Source: Thermoanaerobaculia bacterium | GTDB lineage: Bacteria > Acidobacteriota > Thermoanaerobaculia > Gp7-AA8 | Direction: 5' to 3' | Length of the DNA: 64,000 nucleotides | Assembly: GCA_035544675.1 (NCBI GenBank) | Contig: DATKCA010000239.1 | Span: 7,703 to 71,702 of the forward strand | Shown: piece by piece, positions 28,429 to 37,340 of the stretch | Numbering within the stretch: position 1 is the stretch's first letter | Layout of the letters: the number at the start of each line of letters is the position of its first letter | Notes under the pieces: model-generated | Seen by the model: the letters and a program-made list of their open reading frames with translations, nothing else | Told to the model about the DNA's origin: nothing | Database searches by the model: none | Program-made: the position numbers and the translations under genes

Positions 28429-30387
28429 ATGCAACGAGCCATCAGAGTCCTGCGCGTCGCGCTTCCGGTCGCGTTCGCCGCGTTCCTTCTCCTCATCGCG
28501 GTGAGCTGGAACCGCGCCCGGGGAGCGCGCGACCGCGAGCCCCTGCCGCAGATCACGTCGACGCAGCGACCGGGGGGAGATGTGGCGCAGGCGGAGGCGA
28601 TCGCGTTCGAAGACACGCAGACGATCGGGGGCCGCGTCGTCTCCCGCGTGCGGGCCGCACGCGTGGTCGCGTTCAAGTCGGGGTGGAGCACGCTCGAGGA
28701 CGTTCAGCTCACGCTCTACCGCGAGAGCGGCCTCACCTACGAGCTGCTCTGCCCGCAGGCTCAGTACAACAGCGAGACCAAGGAGGCGGAGGCGAAGGGC
28801 GGGGTGAAGGTGACCTCGAGCGACGGCGTGGAGATCTCCACCGCCGAGATCGACTTCGACGGTAACCGTCTCACCAACAGGATCCCTGTGCAGTTCCGCA
28901 TCGACCGCTGGCAGGGGAGAGCGGGCGCCCTGGACATGGACGTTCCCGGCGAGACCCTCAGACTCTTCCAGAACGTGACCGCGACGATGACGCCGGCCGT
29001 ACCGGGCCAGAGCCCCATGAATCTCGAGGCCGTCGAGGGCGTCTTCCGGCGGCGGGACAACGACGTCACGTTCACCGAGAACGTGAAGATGAATCGCGCC
29101 GCCGACCGCCTGCTGGCCAATCGCATCGTCGGCCGCTTCACCCAGGATCGAAGGAAGATGATCGGCCTGGAGGGATGGGGAGACGTGGATATCATCATGG
29201 CCGCCAACACGCTGCCCGGCGAAGACCTGGGCGGCCGCAAGCAGATCTTCTGCGACCGCTTCCACAGCGAGGTGGGCCCGGACGGTGAGATCAGCGCGCT
29301 GAACGCGGTGGGCGATCCGTCCGTGGCGCGCGCGATTCTCGATGGTCCGCCGCGACGCGAGATCGTGGCGCGCACGTTTCGCATCGCGCTCGCCAACCGC
29401 GCTGTGAGCGAGATCAAGGCCGAGTGGGAAATGGTCATGAAGGAGCTCGGCCCCACACCGCGCCAGGTGAGTTCGGACCGCGTGATCGTCTCGTTCGATC
29501 CTGCCCAGCGCCGCGCCACCAGCGCGTTCTTCGAGGGGAGTTTCAAATACACCGATCCGAAGACGACCGCCACCGCCGTGCGCGCGAACTACGACATCCC
29601 CGCCGATCGCGTGCTCCTCACCGCCACGCCCGGATTCGATCCCACCGTCGTCTCCGACGGGCAGACCATCAAGGCCAGACAGATCGAGTTCTCTCCTCGC
29701 GCCGGAACCGCCAAGGCCACCGGCGAGGTCATCGCCCAGCTCGTCTCGAAGGGCGGCGGGCCCTCGGCCGACGCGACCAGCCTCTTCCCGTCCGGCACGC
29801 CGGTGTTCGTGAACTCCGACCTCCTGCTCATGCGGCAGGACACGAACGTGGCAGTGTTCTCCGGCAACGTCAAGGCCTGGCAGCAGAACAACACGCTCTT
29901 CGCCCAGGAGCTCCAGGTCCAGGGCGCCGGGCAGACGCTGACTGCGCGCGGGGCCGTCCAGACCAGGCTCTACAACGCCGGCACGGAGCAGCGTAAGACG
30001 CCGGTGGTCTCCCGCAGCGATCAGCTCGTCATGAAGCGCAATGAGAACCGCGTCGATCTGGCCGGCTCGGTGACGATCGAAGACGAGGCCAGGACGCTGA
30101 CGAGCGAGCAGGCCACGTTGTTCCTCGACGCGAAACGCAAGATCGAGAGGATCGAGGCCGAGCAGAAGGTGACCCTGGTCGAGAAGTCGACCTCGCGCAA
30201 GGTCACCGGCGACAAGGCGACGTACTTCATCAACAAGAAGATGGCCTACCTCAACGGGTCGCCCGCCACGGCGACCGATCCGGGCGGCACCGTCACCGGC
30301 GAACAGATCGTCTTCGACCTGAATCGGAACCGGTTCCAGGTGGAGTCCACGAGCGGGCAGACCTCCGGGACGTACAAGCAGCAGTAG
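28429..30387 (+). CDS. Large LptC/LptA-like (OstA-N repeat) LPS-transport periplasmic protein with an N-terminal membrane anchor
   Basis: Single N-terminal TM helix (VALPVAFAAFLLLIAV) followed by several OstA/LptA-like beta-jellyroll repeats (…GNVKAWQQNNTLFAQEL…, …LTSEQATLFLD…, …TGDKATYFINKKMAYLNGSPA…). The gene lies immediately upstream of lptB-rpoN. Confidence 0.65.
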   Translation: MQRAIRVLRVALPVAFAAFLLLIAVSWNRARGARDREPLPQITSTQRPGGDVAQAEAIAFEDTQTIGGRVVSRVRAARVVAFKSGWSTLEDVQLTLYRESGLTYELLCPQAQYNSETKEAEAKGGVKVTSSDGVEISTAEIDFDGNRLTNRIPVQFRIDRWQGRAGALDMDVPGETLRLFQNVTATMTPAVPGQSPMNLEAVEGVFRRRDNDVTFTENVKMNRAADRLLANRIVGRFTQDRRKMIGLEGWGDVDIIMAANTLPGEDLGGRKQIFCDRFHSEVGPDGEISALNAVGDPSVARAILDGPPRREIVARTFRIALANRAVSEIKAEWEMVMKELGPTPRQVSSDRVIVSFDPAQRRATSAFFEGSFKYTDPKTTATAVRANYDIPADRVLLTATPGFDPTVVSDGQTIKARQIEFSPRAGTAKATGEVIAQLVSKGGGPSADATSLFPSGTPVFVNSDLLLMRQDTNVAVFSGNVKAWQQNNTLFAQELQVQGAGQTLTARGAVQTRLYNAGTEQRKTPVVSRSDQLVMKRNENRVDLAGSVTIEDEARTLTSEQATLFLDAKRKIERIEAEQKVTLVEKSTSRKVTGDKATYFINKKMAYLNGSPATATDPGGTVTGEQIVFDLNRNRFQVESTSGQTSGTYKQQ

Positions 30388-30421
30388 GCCGAGGCCCCAC
30401 TCCTGTTAGCATCGGCGCCGG

Positions 30422-31204
30422 ATGTCCGATCGCGACACACAGATCCTCCCATTCACGCAGCGCGAGGCACCGGCGCAGCCGCTGCGGCTGGCGGCCTCGC
30501 ACCTGGTGAAGGTGTATCGCGGCCGCAGAGTGGTCCGCGACGTCTCGGTGGAGATCAGCCAGGGAGAGATCATCGGCCTTCTGGGGCCGAACGGGGCGGG
30601 GAAGACCACGACGTTCTACATGATCGTGGGGCTGGTGCGGCCGGACGGCGGCACGGTGACTCTGGGGAACGAGGACATCACGGAGCTGCCGATGTATCTG
30701 CGCGCGCAGCGCGGCATCAGCTATCTGCCGCAGGAAGCGTCGGTCTTCCGCAAGCTGACGGTGGAAGAGAACCTGTTGTCGGTGTTCGAGACGATGCGGC
30801 TGCCGCTGGCGGAGCGGGAGCGGAGGACGCGCGAACTGTTGGAAGAGTTCGGGATCACACACATCGCGCGGAACCGGGCGTATACATTGTCGGGTGGGGA
30901 GAGGCGGAGGGTGGAGATTGCCAGATCGCTAGCGATCAACCCGGCATTCATCTTGCTAGACGAGCCCTTTGCAGGAATCGATCCAATTGCTGTATTCGAG
31001 ATTCAGAGAATCGTTTCGCAGCTGCGCGCCAAAGGCATCGGCATCCTCATCACCGACCACAACGTGCGCGAAACACTGAAGATCACCGATCGCGCCTATA
31101 TCATCAAGGAGGGTGAGATTTTCCGTCAGGGAGTCCCTGAGACTCTCTCGGCAGACGCGGAGGTCCGGCGGATTTATCTGGGCGAGACCTTCAACCTGCA
31201 TTGA
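30422..31204 (+). CDS. lptB: LPS export ABC transporter ATP-binding protein
   Basis: [21 protein letters not shown], signature [25 protein letters not shown]; canonical position upstream of rpoN. Confidence 0.9.
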   Translation: MSDRDTQILPFTQREAPAQPLRLAASHLVKVYRGRRVVRDVSVEISQGEIIGLLGPNGAGKTTTFYMIVGLVRPDGGTVTLGNEDITELPMYLRAQRGISYLPQEASVFRKLTVEENLLSVFETMRLPLAERERRTRELLEEFGITHIARNRAYTLSGGERRRVEIARSLAINPAFILLDEPFAGIDPIAVFEIQRIVSQLRAKGIGILITDHNVRETLKITDRAYIIKEGEIFRQGVPETLSADAEVRRIYLGETFNLH

Positions 31205-31206
31205 CC

Positions 31207-32667
31207 ATGGCACTAGAACAGAAGCTCCACCTCAAGCTCTCGCAGAAGCTGATCATGACGCCGTCGCTGCAGCAGGCGATCAAGCTGCTGCAGTTATCGA
31301 AGCTCGAGCTCCAGGAAGTCCTCAACCAGGAGCTGCTGGAGAATCCGCTTCTCGAGGAGACCGCGGAAGAGGCCAAGTCCGAGGAGCCGGAAGCGGAGAC
31401 TTCGGATCAGAAGACGGAGGCGGAAGAGGCAGCCAAAACGGCGGAGACCACCGACAAGGACAAGGAGAAGGACTCCTTCGACGAGATCGACTACGACGCC
31501 TATTTTCAGGACTACATCGAATACGGATATAACCCGCGCGGGATGGGGGAGGAGCACGAGGAGTTTCCCATCGAGAACACCCTCACCCGCCCCCCCAACC
31601 TCACCGATCACCTCACCTGGCAGCTGAACATGTCCGACGCTTCGCCGCGGGTCAAGGACATCGGGGCGTTCATCATCGGCAACATCGACGAGGACGGATA
31701 TCTGCGCGCCAGCAACGAGGAGGTCGAGGCATCCGGCCCGTACGACCGGGACGAGGTGGAGAAGGCCATCGCCGCGATCCAGGCCCTCGACCCCATCGGC
31801 GTCGGCGCGCGCGACCTCCGTGAGTGCCTGCTCCTGCAGCTGCAGTTCCTGGAGATGGACAACCCGATGGTCGAGGAGATCATCCGCGACCACTGGGACA
31901 TGTTCATGCAGCGCCACTTCGTGCAGCTCGCCAAGTCGCTGAGCATCGACATGAAGACCCTGGAGGGCATCGTCGAGGCCATCAAGCATCTCGATCCGAA
32001 GCCCGGCCGGAAGTACTCCAACGAGCGGGCCATCTACGTCGAGCCCGACGTCTACGTGCAGAAGGTGAGCGACGATTACATCATCGTGCTGAACGAAGAT
32101 GGCATGCCCAAGCTGCGCATCAACGGCAGCTACCGCAACATGCTGCACAACATGGACTCCAAGCAGGACGGCGAGACGGTCAACTACATCAAGGACAAGA
32201 TCCGCTCCGCGGTGTGGCTCATCAAGTCCCTCGACCAGCGCCAGCGCACGATCTACAAGGTCGCCGAGTCGATCGTCAAACACCAGCGCGAGTTCCTGGA
32301 GAAGGGCATCGACTTCCTCCGCCCGCTGGTGCTCCGCGACGTGGCCGACGACATCCAGATGCACGAGTCCACGGTCTCCCGCGTGGTATCGAACAAGTAC
32401 ATGCACACGCCGCGCGGCCTGTTTCTCATGAAGTACTTCTTCCACAGCGGCATCGACTCCGACACCGGCGAGGACATCTCCAGCCTCACCGTGAAGAAGA
32501 AGATCCAGAGCTTCATCGAGGGCGAGGATCCGCGCAAGCCGCTGTCGGACTCCAAGATCATGAAGATCCTCAACGACGAGGGCATCAACATCGCCCGCCG
32601 CACCGTGGCCAAGTACCGTGACGAGCTGAACATCCCCTCGTCCACGGACCGGAAGCAGGTGTTCTAG
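31207..32667 (+). CDS. rpoN: RNA polymerase sigma-54 factor
   Basis: LKLSQKLIMTPSLQQAIKLLQLS N-terminus, C-terminal RpoN box ARRTVAKYR, HTH. Confidence 0.9.
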   Translation: MALEQKLHLKLSQKLIMTPSLQQAIKLLQLSKLELQEVLNQELLENPLLEETAEEAKSEEPEAETSDQKTEAEEAAKTAETTDKDKEKDSFDEIDYDAYFQDYIEYGYNPRGMGEEHEEFPIENTLTRPPNLTDHLTWQLNMSDASPRVKDIGAFIIGNIDEDGYLRASNEEVEASGPYDRDEVEKAIAAIQALDPIGVGARDLRECLLLQLQFLEMDNPMVEEIIRDHWDMFMQRHFVQLAKSLSIDMKTLEGIVEAIKHLDPKPGRKYSNERAIYVEPDVYVQKVSDDYIIVLNEDGMPKLRINGSYRNMLHNMDSKQDGETVNYIKDKIRSAVWLIKSLDQRQRTIYKVAESIVKHQREFLEKGIDFLRPLVLRDVADDIQMHESTVSRVVSNKYMHTPRGLFLMKYFFHSGIDSDTGEDISSLTVKKKIQSFIEGEDPRKPLSDSKIMKILNDEGINIARRTVAKYRDELNIPSSTDRKQVF

Positions 32668-32770
32668 ATTCCGGGCTCAGGGCTCCGGGCTCAGAACCCC
32701 TCCTCCGAGCCCTCAGGCTGTGTGACGCACATCCTGGCACCTTCCAGGTCGCGGCTATACGATATACGGC

Positions 32771-33328
32771 ATGTCGACTGAGATCACCGGCCGCAACTTC
32801 GAAGTCACTCCCAAGATCCGCGACCTCGTAGGGAAGAAGCTCTCCAAGGTGGAGCAGCGTCTCTTCGACGACGTCATCGAGACCCGCGTCGTGCTGCAGG
32901 TGGAGAAGTACCGCAACATCTGCGAGATCATCATCGTGGGCAAGGACCACGACGTGAAGGCCGTCCAGGAGTCGGACGAGTCGATGCCGGACGCCATCAA
33001 CGCCGCCATCGACCACGTGAAGCGTCAGGCCCAGAAGAACCGCAAGAAGATCCGCGATCACCGCAACGGCCGCGCCAAGACGGTCGATGCCTGGGCCGTT
33101 CAGGTCCTCGAGCCGAGCCTGCTCCGCGTCAAGGGTGACAACAACCGCCCGCGCATCATCAAGACGAGCAACCTCCCCATCCGCCCCATGTCCATCGAGC
33201 ACGCCGCTCTCCTGCTCGACGACTCCAAGAACGAGTTCATCGTCTTCCGCGACGTCGACACCGACAAGGTCTCGGTGATCTACAAGCGCCGCGACAGTAA
33301 CCTGGGGCTGATCGCGCCGGAGTTCTGA
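32771..33328 (+). CDS. hpf: Ribosome hibernation promoting factor (long form)
   Basis: MSTEITGRNFEVTPKIRDLV N-terminal domain plus a C-terminal dimerisation domain; canonical position after rpoN. Confidence 0.85.
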   Translation: MSTEITGRNFEVTPKIRDLVGKKLSKVEQRLFDDVIETRVVLQVEKYRNICEIIIVGKDHDVKAVQESDESMPDAINAAIDHVKRQAQKNRKKIRDHRNGRAKTVDAWAVQVLEPSLLRVKGDNNRPRIIKTSNLPIRPMSIEHAALLLDDSKNEFIVFRDVDTDKVSVIYKRRDSNLGLIAPEF

Positions 33329-33334
33329 GCGCCC

Positions 33335-33510
<176 letters not shown>

Positions 33511-33518
33511 ATTGAAGC

Positions 33519-34595
33519 GTGCCCCCGACCGAAGACTTCGTCCCCTCCACGGTGCGGCCGCTCACGCGCCCGGAGCTGGACGACCTTTCGCTGAAGCTGG
33601 TAACGGGGGATGACGGGCTCGACCGTACGATCGCCCGGCCGCGGGTCCAGAAGCCGGGACTGGCCTTTGCCGGCTACTACGAGTACATCAAGCCGTGGCG
33701 TGTCCAGATCATCGGTGAGTCCGAGACCAAGTACCTGCAGAGCCTTCCTCCGCGCCTGCGCGAGAAGCGCGTCCGCGACGTAGCGGGCCTGGACGTCTCC
33801 TGCTTCGTCGTCACCAAGGGAATCGCGCCGCTCGACGAATTCAAGCAGGAGTGCGAGAAGCGCTCGGTTCCGCTCTTCTCCACGACGGCGCTCTCCTCGA
33901 CGACGATCACGCGCATCACCTACTTCCTCGAGGAGACCATGGCGCCGCGCATCACCATGCACTCCGGCCTCCTCGACGTCTACGGCATCGGGGTCCTCCT
34001 CATCGGCGAGAGCGGCATCGGTAAGAGCGAGTGCGCCCTCGACCTGATCCACAGCGGGCACCGCCTGATCGCCGACGACATGGTCATCGTGCGCCGGCAC
34101 CCCAACGACGTGCTCCTGGGGTACTCGAACGACCTGCTGCGGCACCATATGGAGCTGCGCGGCATCGGCATCATCGACATCAAGGATCTGTTCGGCGTCG
34201 CCTCGACGCGCGACGTCAAGCCGATCGACCTGGTCGTCAAGCTCGAGAAGTGGGTGGAGGGCACCGAATACGATCGGCTGGGAGTGATCGGGGAGACGTT
34301 CGAGCTCCTCGGCGTCTCGAAGCCGTACGTTCGCCTCCCGGTCGCCTCCGGACGGAACCTGGCGTTGCTGGTCGAGGTGGCCGCCCGCAACCATCTGATG
34401 AAGCTCCAGGGATACGATTCCGCGCGCGATTTCACGCGCCGGATCGACGAGCAGATCGCCAGGCAGGGCGCCGGCGACTCCGACATCATGCCCTCGCACC
34501 CGCGCGAGTCCGCAGTGAGCTCGGAGATGCGCAGCGTTCATACCCGCACCCGCTTTTCGCCGGATGTGCTCGATCGGACGCGCCGGCAGCGATAA
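33519..34595 (+). CDS. hprK: HPr kinase/phosphorylase with a C-terminal extension of about 45 aa
   Basis: Walker A GESGIGKSE, central LIADD and ELRGIGIIDI motifs; GTG start. Confidence 0.85.
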   Translation: MPPTEDFVPSTVRPLTRPELDDLSLKLVTGDDGLDRTIARPRVQKPGLAFAGYYEYIKPWRVQIIGESETKYLQSLPPRLREKRVRDVAGLDVSCFVVTKGIAPLDEFKQECEKRSVPLFSTTALSSTTITRITYFLEETMAPRITMHSGLLDVYGIGVLLIGESGIGKSECALDLIHSGHRLIADDMVIVRRHPNDVLLGYSNDLLRHHMELRGIGIIDIKDLFGVASTRDVKPIDLVVKLEKWVEGTEYDRLGVIGETFELLGVSKPYVRLPVASGRNLALLVEVAARNHLMKLQGYDSARDFTRRIDEQIARQGAGDSDIMPSHPRESAVSSEMRSVHTRTRFSPDVLDRTRRQR

Positions 34596-34680
34596 CGGCC
34601 CCCCATCGATCCTTCGCTACTACCCGTGGAGCAACCCCGGCGAAGGATAGACTGTTGGGGTTTTCAAGGAGGTGACATCG

Positions 34681-35613
34681 ATGTCCCGAGGGATCGTTCT
34701 TCTCAGTCTCGTTCTCATTGTGCCTGCCTGTCAGCAGTCGACCGAGCAGGCCACGGATACGGCCAGCAACACCGTCCTTGCCGACACGGCTCCGCCGGCG
34801 CCGCCGGCGCCCCAGAGCCTGTCCGAGGGGTTCAGCACGCCGGAGTCGGTGCTGTATGACGCGGAGCAGGACGTCTACTTCGTGAGCAACATCAACGGCT
34901 CGCCGGTCGAGAAGGACGACAACGGGTACATCTCGCGGATCAACGCGGAGACGCTGCAGGTCGAGAGCAAGTGGATCGACGGCTCCAAGGCCGAGATTAC
35001 CCTGAGCGCGCCGAAGGGAATGGCGATTGTCGGGGATGAGCTGTGGGTCACCGACATCACGTCCATCCGCAAGTTCGACCGCCGCACCGGGCAGCCCAGG
35101 GGCAGCACGACGATTCCCGGCGCGACGTTCCTCAACGACCTGGCCTCGGAAGGCATGACGGCGTACGTGTCGGACAGCGGGTTGAAGGCTGAGGGGAGCG
35201 GCTTTGGCCCCACAGGCACCGACGCGATCTGGAGCGTGACGGGAAACAAGGCCACGCGCTATGCGCGGGGCAAGGACCTCAACCGTCCGAATGGCCTGGC
35301 TGTGGTCAACGGGACGGTGTGGGTCGTGACGTTCGGCGCCAACGAGCTGTTCGCCATCGACAACGGGAAGAAGGGTGCCGTGACCGAGATGCCGCAGGGA
35401 GGTCTGGACGGACTGGCCCTGCTGCCGGACGGATCGGTACTCGTCTCGAGCTGGGAAGGGAAGGCGGTCTACCGCGGCAAGCCTGGCGACACATTCCAGG
35501 CCATCGTGGAGAACGTCGACTCGCCGGCGGACATCGGCGTCGACACGAAGCGCAACCGGCTCCTCATCCCGCACTTCATGGAGAACCGCGTCACGCTGCA
35601 CACTTTGCAGTAA
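34681..35613 (+). CDS. Beta-propeller lipoprotein (SMP-30/gluconolactonase- or NHL-like repeats)
   Basis: Lipoprotein signal LSLVLIVPAC with an AAGGAGG RBS 8 nt upstream; the body shows repeated propeller-blade-like motifs. It lies between hprK and rapZ. Confidence 0.6.
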   Translation: MSRGIVLLSLVLIVPACQQSTEQATDTASNTVLADTAPPAPPAPQSLSEGFSTPESVLYDAEQDVYFVSNINGSPVEKDDNGYISRINAETLQVESKWIDGSKAEITLSAPKGMAIVGDELWVTDITSIRKFDRRTGQPRGSTTIPGATFLNDLASEGMTAYVSDSGLKAEGSGFGPTGTDAIWSVTGNKATRYARGKDLNRPNGLAVVNGTVWVVTFGANELFAIDNGKKGAVTEMPQGGLDGLALLPDGSVLVSSWEGKAVYRGKPGDTFQAIVENVDSPADIGVDTKRNRLLIPHFMENRVTLHTLQ

Positions 35614-35621
35614 TGATCGAG

Positions 35622-36473
35622 CACCTTGTCGTCATCACCGGTCTCTCTGGTTCCGGAAAGAGCTACGTGCAGTCGACACTCGAAGACCTCGGGTTCTACT
35701 GCTCGGACAATCTGCCGGTGGCCCTGATCGAGCCGTTCCTGGAAGAGGTGGCGGCGCATGAGAACGCGACGCGTGTCGGGATCGTGGTGGATGTGCGCAC
35801 CCACGACTTCGCCACGATCTTTCCGGCGTTCTACCAGGAGCGTCTGAAGAAGCTGGTGCCGCACGTGGCGCTGGTCTTTCTGGAGGCCTCGGATGAGGTG
35901 CTGGCGCGCCGCTACTCGGAGACGCGGCGGCCGCATCCGCTGGCCAAGGACCTGCCGGTGTTCGAGGCCATTCAGGTCGAGAGGGAAGCGCTGACCGAAG
36001 TGAAGTCGCTGGCCAACATGGTGCTGGACACGTCCATGTTCTCGGTTCACGAGCTGAAGGCGGAGGTCATCCGCCGTTTCAAGCTGCCCGGACACGAGTT
36101 CACGATGCTGATCACCGTGCTCAGCTTCGGGTTCAAGTACAACATGCCTTACAGCGTGGATCTCCTGTTCGACGTCCGCTTCCTGCCGAACCCCCACTTC
36201 ATCCCTGACCTGCGGCCCAGGACCGGCCTGGACGATGAGGTTTTGGGTTACCTCCGCGAGCAGCCGGAATACGAGGAGTACTACCGGCGGCTATACGACT
36301 TCATCAGCTACCTCATCCCCGCGTACAAGAAGGAGATGAAGAGCTATCTGACCATCGGGATCGGCTGCACGGGGGGGAGGCACCGCAGTGTGGCCATCGC
36401 GCAACGTCTCGGCGACGATCTGGCGCGCGAGGGCCACACGGTAGAGATCGTGCACCGCGACTGTTCCAGATGA
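35622..36473 (+). CDS. rapZ: RNase adapter protein RapZ (YvcJ/YhbJ, P-loop)
   Basis: Walker A ITGLSGSGKS and the conserved C-terminal GCTGGRHRS motif. Confidence 0.85.
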   Translation, partial: HLVVITGLSGSGKSYVQSTLEDLGFYCSDNLPVALIEPFLEEVAAHENATRVGIVVDVRTHDFATIFPAFYQERLKKLVPHVALVFLEASDEVLARRYSETRRPHPLAKDLPVFEAIQVEREALTEVKSLANMVLDTSMFSVHELKAEVIRRFKLPGHEFTMLITVLSFGFKYNMPYSVDLLFDVRFLPNPHFIPDLRPRTGLDDEVLGYLREQPEYEEYYRRLYDFISYLIPAYKKEMKSYLTIGIGCTGGRHRSVAIAQRLGDDLAREGHTVEIVHRDCSR

Positions 36474-36487
36474 GTATGATGCGATTC

Positions 36488-36565
36488 ATGGAGCGCCGGT
36501 GTCCTCGGCGTGGAGCGCCGGTGTCCCCACCGGCGTGGAGTGCCGGTGTCCCCACCGGCGAGAGA
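36488..36565. repeat. Tandem array of three hairpin units of about 24 nt each (family-B related)
   Basis: Three consecutive units (ATGGAGCGCCGGTGTCCTCGGC / GTGGAGCGCCGGTGTCCCCACCGGC / GTGGAGTGCCGGTGTCCCCACCGGC), each with a GCCGGTG/CACCGGC stem. Confidence 0.7.
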
Positions 36566-36576
36566 GGGAAGGGATA

Positions 36577-36996
36577 TTGATCGGAGCGTTGATCGTCACA
36601 CACGGAAACCTTGCACACGAGCTGCTCAACGCAGCGAATCAGATTCAGACGGACGTCGCCGGCATCGAGGCCGTTCCGCTGGAGTGGAGTGAGTCGGTCG
36701 AGGACGCGCGGGAGAAGATCCGCCTGGCCCTCGAGCGGGTCGGCCGCGACTGCGCCGTCATCATCTTCACGGACATGTTCGGCGGCACCCCGAGCAACCT
36801 GGCCCTCTCGTTTCTGGAGAAGGGGCGGGTGGAGATCGTCACCGGGGTGAACCTTCCCATGATCGTGAAGTTCGCCACGGTGAAGCAGGAGGCCAAGGAC
36901 CTGGCCACGCTTGCACACGTCATCAGCGAGAAGGGGTCAAAGGCCATTCGCGTGGCGTCGGACCTGCTCACCACCGCCGCGGAGGTAAACAGCTAG
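36577..36996 (+). CDS. PTS EIIA component, mannose/fructose family (regulatory; no permease encoded nearby)
   Basis: IGALIVTHGNLA N-terminus with the conserved His in the EIIA-Man fold; TTG start after a GAGGGAAGGG RBS. The upstream part of the ORF is a translation of the repeat array. Confidence 0.75.
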   Translation: MIGALIVTHGNLAHELLNAANQIQTDVAGIEAVPLEWSESVEDAREKIRLALERVGRDCAVIIFTDMFGGTPSNLALSFLEKGRVEIVTGVNLPMIVKFATVKQEAKDLATLAHVISEKGSKAIRVASDLLTTAAEVNS

Positions 36997-37266
36997 TTGG
37001 TCTCGCGCGACATCGAAATCAAGAACAAGCTCGGACTCCATGCGCGCGCCGCCGCGAAGCTCGTCCACAGCGCGGCCAGGTTCAAAAGCGACATCAAGAT
37101 CCGCAAAGGCGACGAGGAAGTCGACGGAAAGAGCATCCTGGGCATCCTCCTGCTCGCGGCCGGAAAGGGCGCCACGATCACCGTGACGGCCGACGGAGAG
37201 GACGAGCGGGCCGCGGTCGACGCCATCGAGAACCTCATCGACGCCAAATTCGATGAAGTAGAATGA
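36997..37266 (+). CDS. ptsH: Phosphocarrier protein HPr
   Basis: GLHARAAAKLV (His15 region) and the Ser46 region GKSILGI; TTG start abutting the EIIA stop. Confidence 0.85.
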   Translation: MVSRDIEIKNKLGLHARAAAKLVHSAARFKSDIKIRKGDEEVDGKSILGILLLAAGKGATITVTADGEDERAAVDAIENLIDAKFDEVE

Positions 37267-37335
37267 GGCCTTAGGCCTTAGGCCTTAGGCGTCAGGCCTT
37301 ACCGTCCCCCTAAGGCCTATCGCCTAACGCCAAAG
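37265..37335. repeat. GGCCTTA-heptamer palindrome
   Basis: (GGCCTTA)x3...-CCGTCCCCC-TAAGGCC...AAAGGCC. Confidence 0.7.
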
Positions 37336-37340
37336 GCCTT

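Noticed and set aside
32735-32770. Possible sigma-54 promoter (TGGCAC) upstream of hpf
   Set aside because: The -12 GC element is not at the required spacing (TGGCAC-cttcc-AGGT instead of TGGCACG-N4-TTGC), so it is not called.
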